A DNA stretch of 63,637 nucleotides, filler included, from Globobulimina sp. (taxonomy: Eukaryota): assembly GCA_003354225.1 (NCBI GenBank). It is 26 parts of 26 records of this genome, joined end to end, with 100 filler letters (N's around TTAATTAATTAA, not from the genome) between each part and the next. Parts side by side here need not be neighbours in the genome. Positions count along the whole stretch, not along the records: positions 1 to 2,353 come from PIVH01007199.1; positions 2,454 to 4,806 come from PIVH01007200.1; positions 4,907 to 7,259 come from PIVH01007201.1; positions 7,360 to 9,712 come from PIVH01007202.1; positions 9,813 to 12,165 come from PIVH01007203.1; 21 more parts are not named here. One strand, written 5' to 3'. Made by a program: the position numbers and the translations under genes. Below are positions 1 through 12,265 of this stretch, in pieces; the stretch's first letter is position 1; every line of letters starts with the position of its first letter. Below the pieces are notes generated by a model, which did not search any database, was not told the DNA's origin, and saw only the letters and a list, made by a program, of their open reading frames with translations.

Positions 1-889
1 AGCTCTTCGATTTGTGCCAAACGAGCTGTGCGATCGCCAGCAAATTGTAAATGCGTATTTAAAACTAGAGTATGATATTTCTTAAAATATACGTAAAGAA
101 AACCTTTATTTGCTAATGAATCATCACAAGCATGCGATTTATATGCAAAGCAACCAAATTTATCTGCTTTTTGGTTACTTAATATCAATAAACCATTATC
201 TAAAAATGTTTGGAAGGGAATATCGATATTATAGTATGAATATGGTACGGATGTCCGTAATATGGATGCAATTATTAATTTCGGATTGTATTTTATTGGT
301 AAACATTTAAAAAGTGGTAATATTCCAAATAATAAAGATAGAAATTGAAAGAAAAAAGAAATTAATATTCCTAAATATGGGATGTACTCAAAATATGCAA
401 TCCAGCGCAGTAAAAATGGTGGAAATAATCCTATACAAAATTTATGTGCGTTTGTAGTTTGGGATCCAAATTATTTAGTTACAGTTTGTATAGATTTTGT
501 CGATCCATTGTTTATGGAATATATTGGAGAAACCCAGAAACTACAAATTATAGCTAAATTATTTGGATTTTATCTTAACCTGTTTTCCAACTCCACATTT
601 CTTGAAAGCAACATATGATTAATCCATCAAAATCACACCATTTCTCTTTTTTTGCTAATGACGCAACATGATTACCACATCGATGTGGATTTGATAAGGT
701 TCGTGGTGCAAATAGCATACACCAGAGGTTCCATGTCAAAATCTTAAAGTTTGCAGTATCATCGACTATATTTACTTGACAGTAATCAGTGTGAGTGTTA
801 AGAGCAATATCTTGCAGTTCTGCAGGTTCATCTGCATTGTCTCCATTCTTCGTTTTATGTTGAATCTCGATTGTGTCTGGAATCATCAT
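1..889 (-). CDS. EEP-superfamily phosphodiesterase, neutral sphingomyelinase-like (3' partial; intron 431-579)
   Basis: Exon 1 has KILTWNL and FQE. After a GT-AG intron, exon 2 (430-1, my translation) continues in frame with DNGLLILS, DDSLANKG, NTHLQ and RLAQ, the motif order of nSMase-type EEP enzymes. Confidence 0.8.
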
Positions 890-982
890 GGCTCGATCAG
901 ATTTTCCCAAAAGTTTTTTATTCACACTATTTTTGAGTACGCTACTAACATTCTTTCGAAAGCAAGTGTTTTTCAAATAATA

Positions 983-1423
983 ATGAATAGTTTTGTATCA
1001 GCATTTGATGATAATGGAGTTGGCCTTTTTGCACGGCCTTTAGCAACAGAAAAGATAATGAAAAAACTAACAAAAATATTAAAATCTATTAAAACAGAAA
1101 GAAAAAAGCATTGTGTGTTAGGAATTAAACCAGTGACAAAAGCAATTGATAAAAATAATGAAAAAGGAATTGTAATATTTGCAGGAGATCTAAAACAAGT
1201 GGATGTTATTGCACATTTACCAATGCTTTGCGAGGAGAATAATATCCCATATGTTTGGATTACGCACCGAAGGGACATTTGTAACGAAGACACTGGATTG
1301 AGAGCAAAAACTGGTCCCGCTGCAACATTATTAAAAAAAGCAAATTTAGAGCAAAAATACCAAGAAAAATTCGATGAATTAGCTAAAAAAATAAAAAAAG
1401 AAACACCTTTATTCAATCTATAA
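983..1423 (+). CDS. NHP2: H/ACA ribonucleoprotein subunit 2 (L7Ae family)
   Basis: ARPLATEK...LGIKPVTKAI...GIVIFAGD..VDVIAHLPMLCEENNIPY matches NHP2. ATG at 983 is in frame with the ORF-track call 776..1423. Confidence 0.85.
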   Translation: MNSFVSAFDDNGVGLFARPLATEKIMKKLTKILKSIKTERKKHCVLGIKPVTKAIDKNNEKGIVIFAGDLKQVDVIAHLPMLCEENNIPYVWITHRRDICNEDTGLRAKTGPAATLLKKANLEQKYQEKFDELAKKIKKETPLFNL

Positions 1424-2353
1424 AAGTATGCACTAATAAGACTCTGCAGATTACTCACAAATTGTATTATTACTAATTATCACACAAGAAATTATTTAAA
1501 ACTGTATTGATGATTTTTGTGTTTATTAATTCTTTATCCTTGCACCAAACGTAAGATTTATAAATTAAATGCAATTAAAAAAAATAATAAAAAAATTTGC
1601 ATACCAACAAATGCAACGCGACTCGGCATAACCAATTTATTGCTCGGACTTTTGGCGTTTTTGTCAACCAATGGTTTTGATCCCTGAATGAATTTGAAAA
1701 TTACAGGATCATAAATGACACATTTTTTGATAATTAATAAAACATTAAACGATATATTCCAAAAGATCCCACAAAAAACCTTTTCAATCTTACTTATATT
1801 ATCTGTTGTGTTTTTGCACCGCTTTCGTAACGTATTCTGATTTCTTTTTTAAAACTTTCATCTTTCATCCTTCCTAAATTGCTCACAAAATATTTCCATC
1901 CATAATGATTAATGACCAACATGCATATGACATAATTTCCAATGTTCATTTACGAATAGATTCAAATTCCTGCTGTTCTCCATTATTGATGCCATTAGTG
2001 TTAGAATGACAGCTGACCGATTTTAATTTGTTGCCAATTCCAATTTTGTGTGCATGCTTTCGATTTTCTGCATTGGTCATCCATATAAAATATTTTCGAG
2101 TCACAATCACAAAAAAGCCTGATCTGTGCACGTCATTGATAAAATGCAATCTGTTTCTTTTAGTGTTCCTAATTATTGCCCAATGTCGATACGTGATATC
2201 TGGGAAATGTTGGTGCTTCTATATGGCTGAAAATAACCACAGTGACAATTATGCTTACCACTCTACTATAATAACTCTCAACATTTTTCAGAAAAAAAGC
2301 ATTCATTTACGCGCAAACGTATCAAAGGCATTTACAAAAAGTAATTTATTATG

Positions 2354-2453
2354 NNNNNNNNNNNNNNNNNNNNNNNNNNNNNNNNNNNNNNNNNNNNTTA
2401 ATTAATTAANNNNNNNNNNNNNNNNNNNNNNNNNNNNNNNNNNNNNNNNNNNN
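2354..2453. other. Artificial contig linker (first of 25 identical 100-bp spacers)
   Basis: N44-TTAATTAATTAA-N44 with stops in all six frames. It recurs at 4807, 7260, 9713, 12166, 14618, 17070, 19522, 21974, 24426, 26878, 29330, 31781, 34232, 36683, 39134, 41585, 44036, 46487, 48938, 51388, 53838, 56288, 58738 and 61188. Contig lengths fall steadily from 2353 to 2350 bp. Confidence 0.99.
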
Positions 2454-2531
2454 GACATACATCAATGTAATCCTGAGTCCTGACGTCAACACAATTAACT
2501 CATTTAACTGATTTTTTTTGTTTGTTTTAAT

Positions 2532-4806
2532 ATGGCATCGAGTGTTCCAGTGCTGGTAAAACGGCATGCCTTTGGAATCAACAATCGCTTCAATGACAAC
2601 ATAGCATTTTTAGATTCACGTGTTTTGATTTATGTTTGTGGCCGAAATATTATATTTTATAACATTGAAGAACATTCACAACGATTTGTTGTTGGATCAT
2701 CGCCATCAACGCAAAACTGGGTATCTGATCCAGAAATATCATGCATCTCATTATCACCAAACAGCAGATATCTAGCAATTGGCGAAAAAGGAGAGGAACC
2801 ATCAGTTACAATATTAGATACTCAAACATTAAGAAAAAAGAAACATTTACCAATTCCGTCCACTATACGCTCCAAACAAATATGTTCGATATCATTTTGT
2901 AGCGATAATACATACATAGCAATACAGTGTGCCTCTCCTGATTGGAAATTATGTATTTTTCAATGGGAACAAGGTTTCATGGAACATTGTATTACGACAT
3001 CAAAAGATTTGACTCCTATTCATCAAATATCATATTGTTACAATAATACTCCTAATTTGATCGCAATTTGTCATGAAAATTCTGTCCAAATTCACCAACA
3101 ATGTAATAATGAATTGAAACAACAAAACATCGAAATAACAGAGTATGACACCGAAAGTAAATGGAATTGTTTATGTTGGATTGATGACACATTAATTTGT
3201 GGCAATACTGGAGGCGACGTCATTGCAGTAAAAAATAATAAATTTGAAAAACTAATATTATCCAAAAAAGATAACTCTTCAATTACATGTATTCAATGCA
3301 TAAATAATTCAATTTTAGCAATCGGCGCTGAAGATTGTACAATATCGTTTTTACAAAAATGCAACAATGAAAATGACGATGAAATTGCAAATTGGAATTT
3401 AATTTGTGATATAAATATATCGTCGGATGCGAATAATAATAATTGTAATAAAAGCTATAAATCGATACCTTTGGCGATGAGTACTGATCCATCAGGAAAA
3501 CAATTGATAATTACAACCAAAGATAAACAAATATATTATGTGGATATTTCATACCTATCACCTCACGAAAAAGGAGAAGAAAAAGAAAAGGAAGAGGAAG
3601 AAACAACAGATGTTAACATCTCAATATCGGATCGTATACAAAAAACAATATCAAAACCTTTGGGGCATTTTCATGTTTTTGGTATTATTGGAATGGATAT
3701 TTGCGTTCGAAAACCATGGATAGTGACTTGTGGCTATGATAAATCAATTTGTATTTGGAATTATATGACCAAGAAATTAGAAATCCGTAAATATTTCAAC
3801 ACTGAAATACACTGCGTATCATTCCATCCGTCAGGTTTACATATTTTAGCAGGATTTGAAGACAAATTGAGGCTATTAAATGTATTGATGGATGACATTG
3901 AAGCATATAAAGATTTCCATATGGTTCGATCCTGCAAAGAATGCATATTTTCCAATGGTGGACACATATTTGCCGCAGTCAATGGTGACAAAATACATAT
4001 TTATAATACATATTCGGGTGAATTAATCTCAATTTTGCGTGGACATAATCAGAAGATACGTTCCTTATATTTCAGTTTTGATGACACCTCTTTAATCTCA
4101 GCAGGCGCAGAAGGTGCTGTATATGAATGGAATATGTTTAATCCGCATAATCGTATCCAAGAAATGGTAAATCGCCAATGTCCGCTAAATACAGCAATCA
4201 TTACGAAAGATAATAAAATATTTTGTACGGGAAATACGCCGATATTGAATGAGATAATCGACAGCCAATTAGAACAAGAGATGGATATGGGAGGGATTGA
4301 AATAAATAGATTAATTATCTCACATTTACCACAAAGAATGATGATTGGCTCGACAGTGAATGGCCTGTTGCGTTGTATGAAGTTTCCATTGTCGAATGAA
4401 TATTATTTGGATTATATTGCTCATTTAGGCCGAATTAATAGAATTGCTATCTCGCAAAATGATAAATATTTATTTAGTTGCGGCGAATCGGACGGATGTA
4501 TCAATATATTTGAAATCAGAGATAAAGAGGGAAGAGACAATAACAATAACAATAATAATAAGGATGATCAATTTGAATTGAATTGGAGTCGCGAAATATT
4601 AGTAACACAGACTTATTTATACGAAAAGCAGCAATTAATACTAGAATTAGGTAACAAAGTGGACGAATTGAAGCTGCACAACGAGTATCAACTGCGTTTG
4701 CGTGAGATGCATTATCAGGAGACATTGAAAGATAAACAGGATAAATTTAATAAGAAATTAAAACAAGAAAAGTTAAAATATCAAGTCTTGAAAGACGAGC
4801 AACAAG
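2532..4806 (+). CDS. CFAP57: Cilia- and flagella-associated protein 57 (WDR65), 3' partial
   Basis: WD40 repeats with CFAP57-typical segments (SLSPNSRYLAI; CVRKPWIVTCGYDKSICIWNY; HPSGLHILAGFEDKLRL; FSNGGHIFAAVNG; GAEGAVYEWN), followed by the start of a coiled coil. Confidence 0.9.
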
Positions 4807-4906
4807 NNNNNNNNNNNNNNNNNNNNNNNNNNNNNNNNNNNNNNNNNNNNTTAATTAATTAANNNNNNNNNNNNNNNNNNNNNNNNNNNNNNNNNNNNNN
4901 NNNNNN

Positions 4907-7259
4907 CTAGCATGCATGCCATACGTTTACATACCAAGTCAATATGCTCATCAAAGCTCATATTGGAGTCGAGTACAACTCCAAGCGATTTTGCTTTATC
5001 AGTCGTAGTTAACTGTGTCTCTCTGAAATCAATCACCATGTTGGCCTTTTTCCGAAATGATTCACTTCCAATTAGCAAAAATTCTGTTTTCGATGGATTT
5101 AGTTTTAAACAGTTTGCCTGTGCCCAGTTTTCAATAGCCGTCAGGTCTTCTTCAATCAAATGAGAAGCCCTAATAGCTGCATTTTCCCAGCTTTCTCCTT
5201 GATTTGGTGAGAAGCTGAGAAACAACTGAGTGTCATCGGCATATTGTTTCAGTTGAACATGAGAGGTTACGGTAGGCAGATCGGCAGTGTAGATAAGAAA
5301 TAAGAGGGGCGATAGGACTGAACCCTGAGGACATCCGGCTAACACAGTCTCTTGGTCCGACAAGGAACCATTGACTTTAGTCTGCTGGACACGATCACTC
5401 AGATAAGATCGAAACCACTCAATTTCTAACACTCCATATTTATACAATTTATCTAATAATATATCATGATGTAGGGTGTCAAAAGCTTTAGAATAGTCGA
5501 GTAGAATTAGAGCAGTGAGTTGTTTTCTGCTCATGGCTAGATGAAAGGAGTCCGTTATATCAATAAGAGCCGTTTTGGTGCTGTGATTTTTTCGAAATCC
5601 TGACTGAAATTTAGGGAGTAGTTTGTGCAGTTCAAAATAAGCAGCTAGTTGTTCGCTAACAATTCGCTCTGCTAACTTTCCCATAACATTCAACAAGGAA
5701 ATCGGCCGGTAGTTAGCTGGGTCATCTTTAGCACCTTTGGACTTATAGATTGGCGAAATAATTGCTTTTTTCCAAGAATCTGGGAATATACCAGATTGTA
5801 GTGAGTCATTAATTAGGCCAGTTAGATGTTGTGCCAGTGATGGTAAGGCTAGTTTGAGTACCTTTGCAGTGATTCCGTCCTCCCCAGGAGCACTTTCTGG
5901 CATTGACTGTACATGGCGTTTTAGTGAACTGATTGTTACTGGTTGAAATCGAAAATGAGAGGTAATTTCGGGTACATGGCGTAGATATTCATCTTTCGAA
6001 GGAGGGCGATTGTCGCGGACAGCTTTTCCTGTGATGTCTCCAACTGTCGCAAAGTGATGGTTCATGTTATCTGCGAAGGTTTTCGGGTCGTTATTGCACT
6101 GTATGGGCTTTCGTGCTTTTGTGCGATTGCAGATTGAATTAAGGATTGTCCACTGTTTTTTAACATTAGGCGCGTCAGCTAGCAATTGAGTAAAGTGTTG
6201 CTCTTTTGCCTGCCGTCGTACCCTTTGTTCAACAGTTTTGTAATGGCTGTATTGCGTTTGATGGTACTCAAGTTGTTGTCGGATATTAGGCGGCACATTT
6301 TGGTAAGGCCACCAGAGGTTCGACAGGTGCTTAGTCGATATCTGATGGTGTCGTTTTAGGCGCTGCAGCTCTTTGATGTCCGGTCGATTTTGCATCCAGG
6401 GCTGCGGCGGCCTTTTGAAGGTTTTAATCTTAACAGGCGCCAGCTCATCTATTGTTTGAGTAACAATTGATTGTAAGGTAACCGCTCTAGTCGTCAGATC
6501 TGCTCCGCTGTCATAATCTGCCAACTTGGTAAACAAGATGTTATTAATAGCATCAGAAGTGAGACTTGAGCTGTCCCTTACTTGAGACTGGAAAATTTGA
6601 TCTTTTGGAACTTTTAGTTTGAAAGCCGACAGGATTAAGTTGTGGTCTGAGAAATCGCAAAGTAAGGAATCTGATATTGCAATCTTTTGTTCTAGATCAC
6701 TCGTTACTATAATATGATCAATCAAAGTTTTGGACAGGTTGTCGTTCATATAAGCAAGGCGTGTGGGCTTGTCGACCAGCTGTTTAAGACCGTAATCCGT
6801 CCAAACATTCAGCAGTTGTCTAGCAGGAGAACTATCAGACAGCAGATCAACATTTGCGTCACCCAAAATTATATGATTTGGCGAAAGAGAAATTGCCTCA
6901 GCTAGAGTTCGGAAGTTCACAGGGAATTCAGAAGCACTACAGCAGCTATGGAAATTTCTATAGAAAGCAGTGACATGAACAGTACAGCCAACAGTCCGCA
7001 CCGTTACACACAATTTCTCAAAGTTCGCCATTCGTGTGGCATTTTCTAGATCGGAATTGGGAACCGGGTTTAAAGCATCTCTAACATATAAAACTAAACC
7101 TGAACCCTGTCCCACTCCATCCTTTCTAAACAAAGTATAGCCACTTATCTGTAAAGCATTATCGGCATCTCTATCAACAAGCCAAGTTTCACTTACGGCA
7201 AGGATGTCAAGTTTTGTGGTCGTCAAAAATCGGTCAATATGGTCCACTTTGTTTCTAAG
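4907..7259 (-). mobile_element. Non-LTR retrotransposon ORF2: APE endonuclease plus reverse transcriptase, CR1/L2-group-like, uninterrupted
   Basis: APE motifs SETWL, LGDAN, TLIDH and SDH. RT motifs APGEDG, YRPISLL, QSGFR, DYSKAFD, PQGSVLSP, YADD and LNPSKT. The frame is open across the whole contig. Confidence 0.95.
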
Positions 7260-7359
7260 NNNNNNNNNNNNNNNNNNNNNNNNNNNNNNNNNNNNNNNNN
7301 NNNTTAATTAATTAANNNNNNNNNNNNNNNNNNNNNNNNNNNNNNNNNNNNNNNNNNNN

Positions 7360-9712
7360 GTTGCTGATATATCATCGAAATTTATACAGGATTTGCATGC
7401 GATCGAACCATTATTGTTACGGATGACCACCGTTGGCAATGAAGAAAGACAATTAGTGATTAAAATATTGGAATTTGTGGTCACTGTGGAAGATGATCCG
7501 CCTTTGCCGGAATTATCTGCCTTAAAACAACTATTAAAAGATGCATCGGATCGAGATATGGTGTCTTTGGTATTGGAAACCATTCGAAATATTGTTTTGC
7601 GTAAACCACACTATAAATCTGCCTTTTTACAAACTGGTGTTATTGATGTGTTGATGGATCATATTATTATCTTAGCACAACATCTGAAACAACAAAGAAA
7701 TCACTACATCTCAAATACAAATGTTGCGCCATCGCCACAACCGGTTAGTTTAGTTATGTCAGTCAAGCAACAGACATACCACACAACTCTGTCGATACAG
7801 GAAGCAATGGATACTGTGGATACTTCTTCATCCTCCTCTGCCGTACTCATTTCATCGGATGGCGAATCTATACCAAATAATGTAAACAACCCATTAGATT
7901 TGCGGGTGTGGTCCTTATCTGATGTTATAAATTGGTTTTCAAGCGTGAATCATGGCAAATATGAATCGAGATTTACGAACATATTAAAAAAACTAGATTT
8001 TAATGGACAGAAATTACTGGCCACAGAAGACGAAACCTTACGGTTAGAATTAAAAATTGATGACGAAACCGAGAGAAAAAGCATATTATCACTGATTAAT
8101 GAGATGAAGGGGAAATTATTAACCAATAGCTCCCACCGTGAACTGTCTGCATTGGTATTATTGGACCATCACGATTTGTATGTATTGGCCATGGAAACTT
8201 TATTAAATTTATTAAACCAACATCCAGAAAATAGTAAATTATTTCGCGCCAAAGGTTGCCATCAGGCCGTATTCAGTTTATTGAAATCAGAGCCCCACAC
8301 CGATGCTGCCATAAAATTAACGAGATTCCAAACGGATGAAGAATCTGTATCGGATATGCTGTCCTCATTACATATCGAACGTGACTCATTTGAATATAGA
8401 ATAAATATGTTAGAGGCACTGCGCCAAATGGTCTCCGATATACAGGCCGTACATATTAAGAATGCATGGCATGAATTGGCTGGCTTTTCCACTGTCTTAT
8501 CAGTGCTGGCCTCTTTAGATTCAGTCTGGAAATCTGAGAGTAATAACAAACAACTAATTAACAATTTAGCCTTTGAATTAATAAATAAATGCTTCCAAGT
8601 GATTGTCTGTGTGATACGCAATCATCCGCGCAATAGGGCCTATTTCTGGTCCTCGGGTTGGACCTCCATTGCAGATGCCATCGTATTAACGGGCGTCCTC
8701 AAGAATAATAAGCACGCCGCCCGAGTGATTGATGTGTTATTTGGTGTGTCGACCGAATATTTAATCAAAATCCAAGAAGCCAAAGAAGAGAGTGAGAAAA
8801 TAAAAAATGATAAGTTGCGCGATATTGATGAAATGTCTATGTTTGTACAGAACCCCGAAGCCATTTTAGTGATTTTGAAACTGGTATCTCAGGTTGCGCC
8901 GACGTTGCAAATTACAGTGTTTAAGAAATTATTAAGTATCGTCAATTTAAAGTTAAAAAATCAGAATTTTGAGGAATATTTATTACGCAATAAGCAATTA
9001 TTAAATAACCATCACAGTATCAAGCATACGTATGAAATCTATGAAGATATACTAAATAATCCAAACGAATCCGTCATAAAAGATTTAATTGAGCAATTTT
9101 TGACAGAATTAGGTACTCATTGTATGAGTCCCTGTGAATTAAATTTAATATTAAACAGAGGGCGAGAGAAATCGTGCAGAGCCAAAACTTTGTTGAAATA
9201 TATTTCGGGCGAGCATAAGTTTCCGTTTTTCGAATTGGAATCGTATTCGCGGGCCTATGCCTGTATAAAAATGAGCGGGAAAATCAATTTTTTTGAGTGG
9301 TCGCCCATTAGCAAAGGACATGCCATATCTGTATGGTTTAATTTACGTACCATTCCCTCCAAAACGCATTTAACCATTTTCCAAATCCTATCCGATACAC
9401 AAACCAATGTGATCCAATCCAATTACAGTGCAAAAGGTTTGTGTTTCCGTATTGGAGCTTCGTATGATGCCGCTTTTGAATGTAACGATGTCCATTTTGA
9501 GATGCATCGTTGGTATCATTTGTCAATCTCTATGGATGTGCGCGAAGTAAACAAGAAAGACAGAAAGCAAAGACGTTTTATCTTCGAGATCACAGTGTTT
9601 ATCAATGGTTCGGCACATCGTAATTTTACTCATGCGGTGGCCCATGGCGGTGTATTGCATACTATGCGGGATAAAAATTCTGCTCATAATAAACATAGAA
9701 ACGATTATGGTG
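7360..9712 (+). CDS. BEACH-family (WDFY3/ALFY-like) protein fragment: ARM-like helices, an embedded SAM domain and a ConA/LamG-like domain
   Basis: GFSTVLSVLASL...FELI...HPRNRAYF resembles the ALFY N-terminal region. SVWFNL...RWYHLSIS...VFING resembles the ConA-like domain. WSLSDVINWF...NGQKLL...ERKSIL resembles SAM. The BEACH domain itself is not on this contig. Confidence 0.6.
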
Positions 9713-9812
9713 NNNNNNNNNNNNNNNNNNNNNNNNNNNNNNNNNNNNNNNNNNNNTTAATTAATTAANNNNNNNNNNNNNNNNNNNNNNNNNNNNNNNN
9801 NNNNNNNNNNNN

Positions 9813-11931
9813 ACGACGACATCAAAGACGACCAAATTCCATCACAACACTCTCCCATTCCTAAAAAAGACCAATTAACACAAAAATTTGCCTCCATTCC
9901 CAAACCACGAAAAGAAGCACAAAACGCCAACCACAAATTAGATAACAAACACAACAACAAATTAACTAAAAGGTACTCCAAATTTATATAAATTATAAAT
10001 TTATACTTACACTCAATCAATCCATACAAACATATATTTAAAGCATGCGCAAACAATGGTTATTATGCTGTGGCCACAACGAAGAAGATTGCGATGGCTC
10101 CAATGCCTTAACCTGCGTTGCTTTGAAACGCATTAAATTCGCCCTCCAACATTACGCCTCATGGATGAAATATAAATCCTTAGTCGACGACCAAGAGTCT
10201 GATGTATGTAACGTAGAAACTAGAAACGCTTTGCTTTTGATTTGTTTTTTAATTTGTACAAATTGTTGCTATCTTTAGGACGACAGCAGCGACGGTGACA
10301 GCAGTGACGGTGCCTCGCGCATGGACGCGGTGGCCGAGAACGAGCTAATTATGCGCAACTATGAGCATATCACCGATTTCTTTGACGATTTAAGTGAGTT
10401 AATCCCAGACAACGCGCATCAAAAAAAGTATAATTGTGTGCAATTATGCGACGATTTTGAACATATTCGCGATTACCATATGAAACTAAACAAGAATAAA
10501 ACCTCGCTCACCATCGATTATTTTGATAAATTGTTAGGGAAATGCGTCGATAAGGAATGCTGCAGTCTGGCTCGACATTGTCGCGACCGCCATATTGATA
10601 ATATCAATGAAAACAAACGGCGCGAAATCTTTTTTATCCGCGAAAAACCTGCACATAAACCTTATAAAAACAGCCACAAAAAGGACAAAAACGGTGAGAA
10701 TAAAGTCATTGTTAAACAAAACACCGTCGGTGAGAATAAAATGTATTTTGAGATCAACTTACAAACCAAATTAGATACCATTCATATCACGTTACGCCAT
10801 CACCATTTACGCTTAATAAACACCGACAAATTCATCACCAAAATCAATGACAACAACACCAACAACGGCGCTGATGCTGGCGATGCAGACCGCGAACGCC
10901 CAGAAAGCAAAGACATTTTCGGCAAAATGAAGAAATATTCTTTCGGCGAAAGTATCACGTATTGGGACAATAAGCATCATCGATATTGCAAGTCCAAATA
11001 CGCCGACATTCGTTCCGAATTATTGAACAATAAAATCTATCCTTTGTCGCTCTCGTTGTACCTCACCATTCGTGCGTGTGCCCATACTTTCTTACTGACG
11101 AAAAAGGGGCAATCCCTCCGTGGCCTCCGCGAACATGATTGGATGAAGAAGTGGAAGATATTACGCGGCTCATTGATCACCGTGGACCACGTCATTGCGT
11201 TATTGTGCTACGTCAACGTGACTGCCTTGCGGCGCGTGTTCAAATTGCACGGTTATATCCGCGGCGAGGAGAAGGACAGCAGTCGCGACAAATTATTGCT
11301 GCGCCACTCTGAGATCTGGCATTGGAGCCGTTTATTGCTAGAATGCGTGCATTGTTATGGCGTTCCGATCAACAGCAATAACACCGGCGGGAATAAGCAA
11401 TATTATCACGGGATAGACTGCAAATTGTTATTCAATCGATTCAATGTCATGTTTGACATCCCGACGAGTCTGACCTTGAACAGAGACATTGCGTATAATT
11501 TGAGCAAGACTATCAATGCGGGGCGCGGCATTGCCATTGAATTGTCGCATGGAGAATTGTCCGATTTGCAGAGCTTATCGTTTGATCTGTCGTTTGTGTC
11601 GGATTATCCTTCGGAGGAAGAACAGTTAATCTTCCATTCGTATCTGTCGTTTGCGGACATTATCATTAACCGCATGCACCACGACGAGTGGCTCAAGATA
11701 TTGCGCTTTTGGTACAAGATTAAGGAGGGCTTTTTTTTCAACCATTTGATTGAGGCCAACGTGATTACGCGCAACGACCAGTTGTGTATTTGTGCCATGA
11801 TCATCAATATGATCATCGCGGACGAGTCGCACGAGAGATATGATAATCGCATACCCAAATATATGCAGAAACTGTTCAATCAATGTGTGGAGAATCAGAT
11901 GAAAGCAAGACCCATGGCCAGACCACCATAG
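9813..11931 (+). CDS. Uncharacterised lineage-expanded protein with a putative ADP-ribosyltransferase-like domain (5' partial; introns 9973-10043 and 10204-10278)
   Basis: Both GT-AG introns keep the frame. Motifs YYHGID, PTSLT and SDYPSEEEQL. Clear paralogue of 42072-44035. Confidence 0.7.
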
Positions 11932-12265
11932 AGTTGTCCTTACCAAGTTCTCGGGTGAAATCCCATATCCAGCAACGTTACGGCGATACAACACATTCTG
12001 ATGGGAGCTTGGCTGTATTCAGTAACTCGCGAAAACAACAACAAGTGTCCAGGGACAGTTCCCCTAATGGCTGCCGACCAGGTCAGATCGTCATTGAGGT
12101 GGATGCAGCGAGTGCTCAGTTGGAATCCCTGATCCAGCAAATGTACTGCGAGGCCACACCCTTTGNNNNNNNNNNNNNNNNNNNNNNNNNNNNNNNNNNN
12201 NNNNNNNNNTTAATTAATTAANNNNNNNNNNNNNNNNNNNNNNNNNNNNNNNNNNNNNNNNNNNN

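Noticed and set aside
776-982. N-terminal extension of NHP2
   Set aside because: It starts at a non-ATG codon and overlaps the divergent EEP gene. Similarity begins after ATG 983.
1424-2353. Short ORFs downstream of NHP2 (similarly 22074-23280)
   Set aside because: No recognisable motifs or convincing exon structure.
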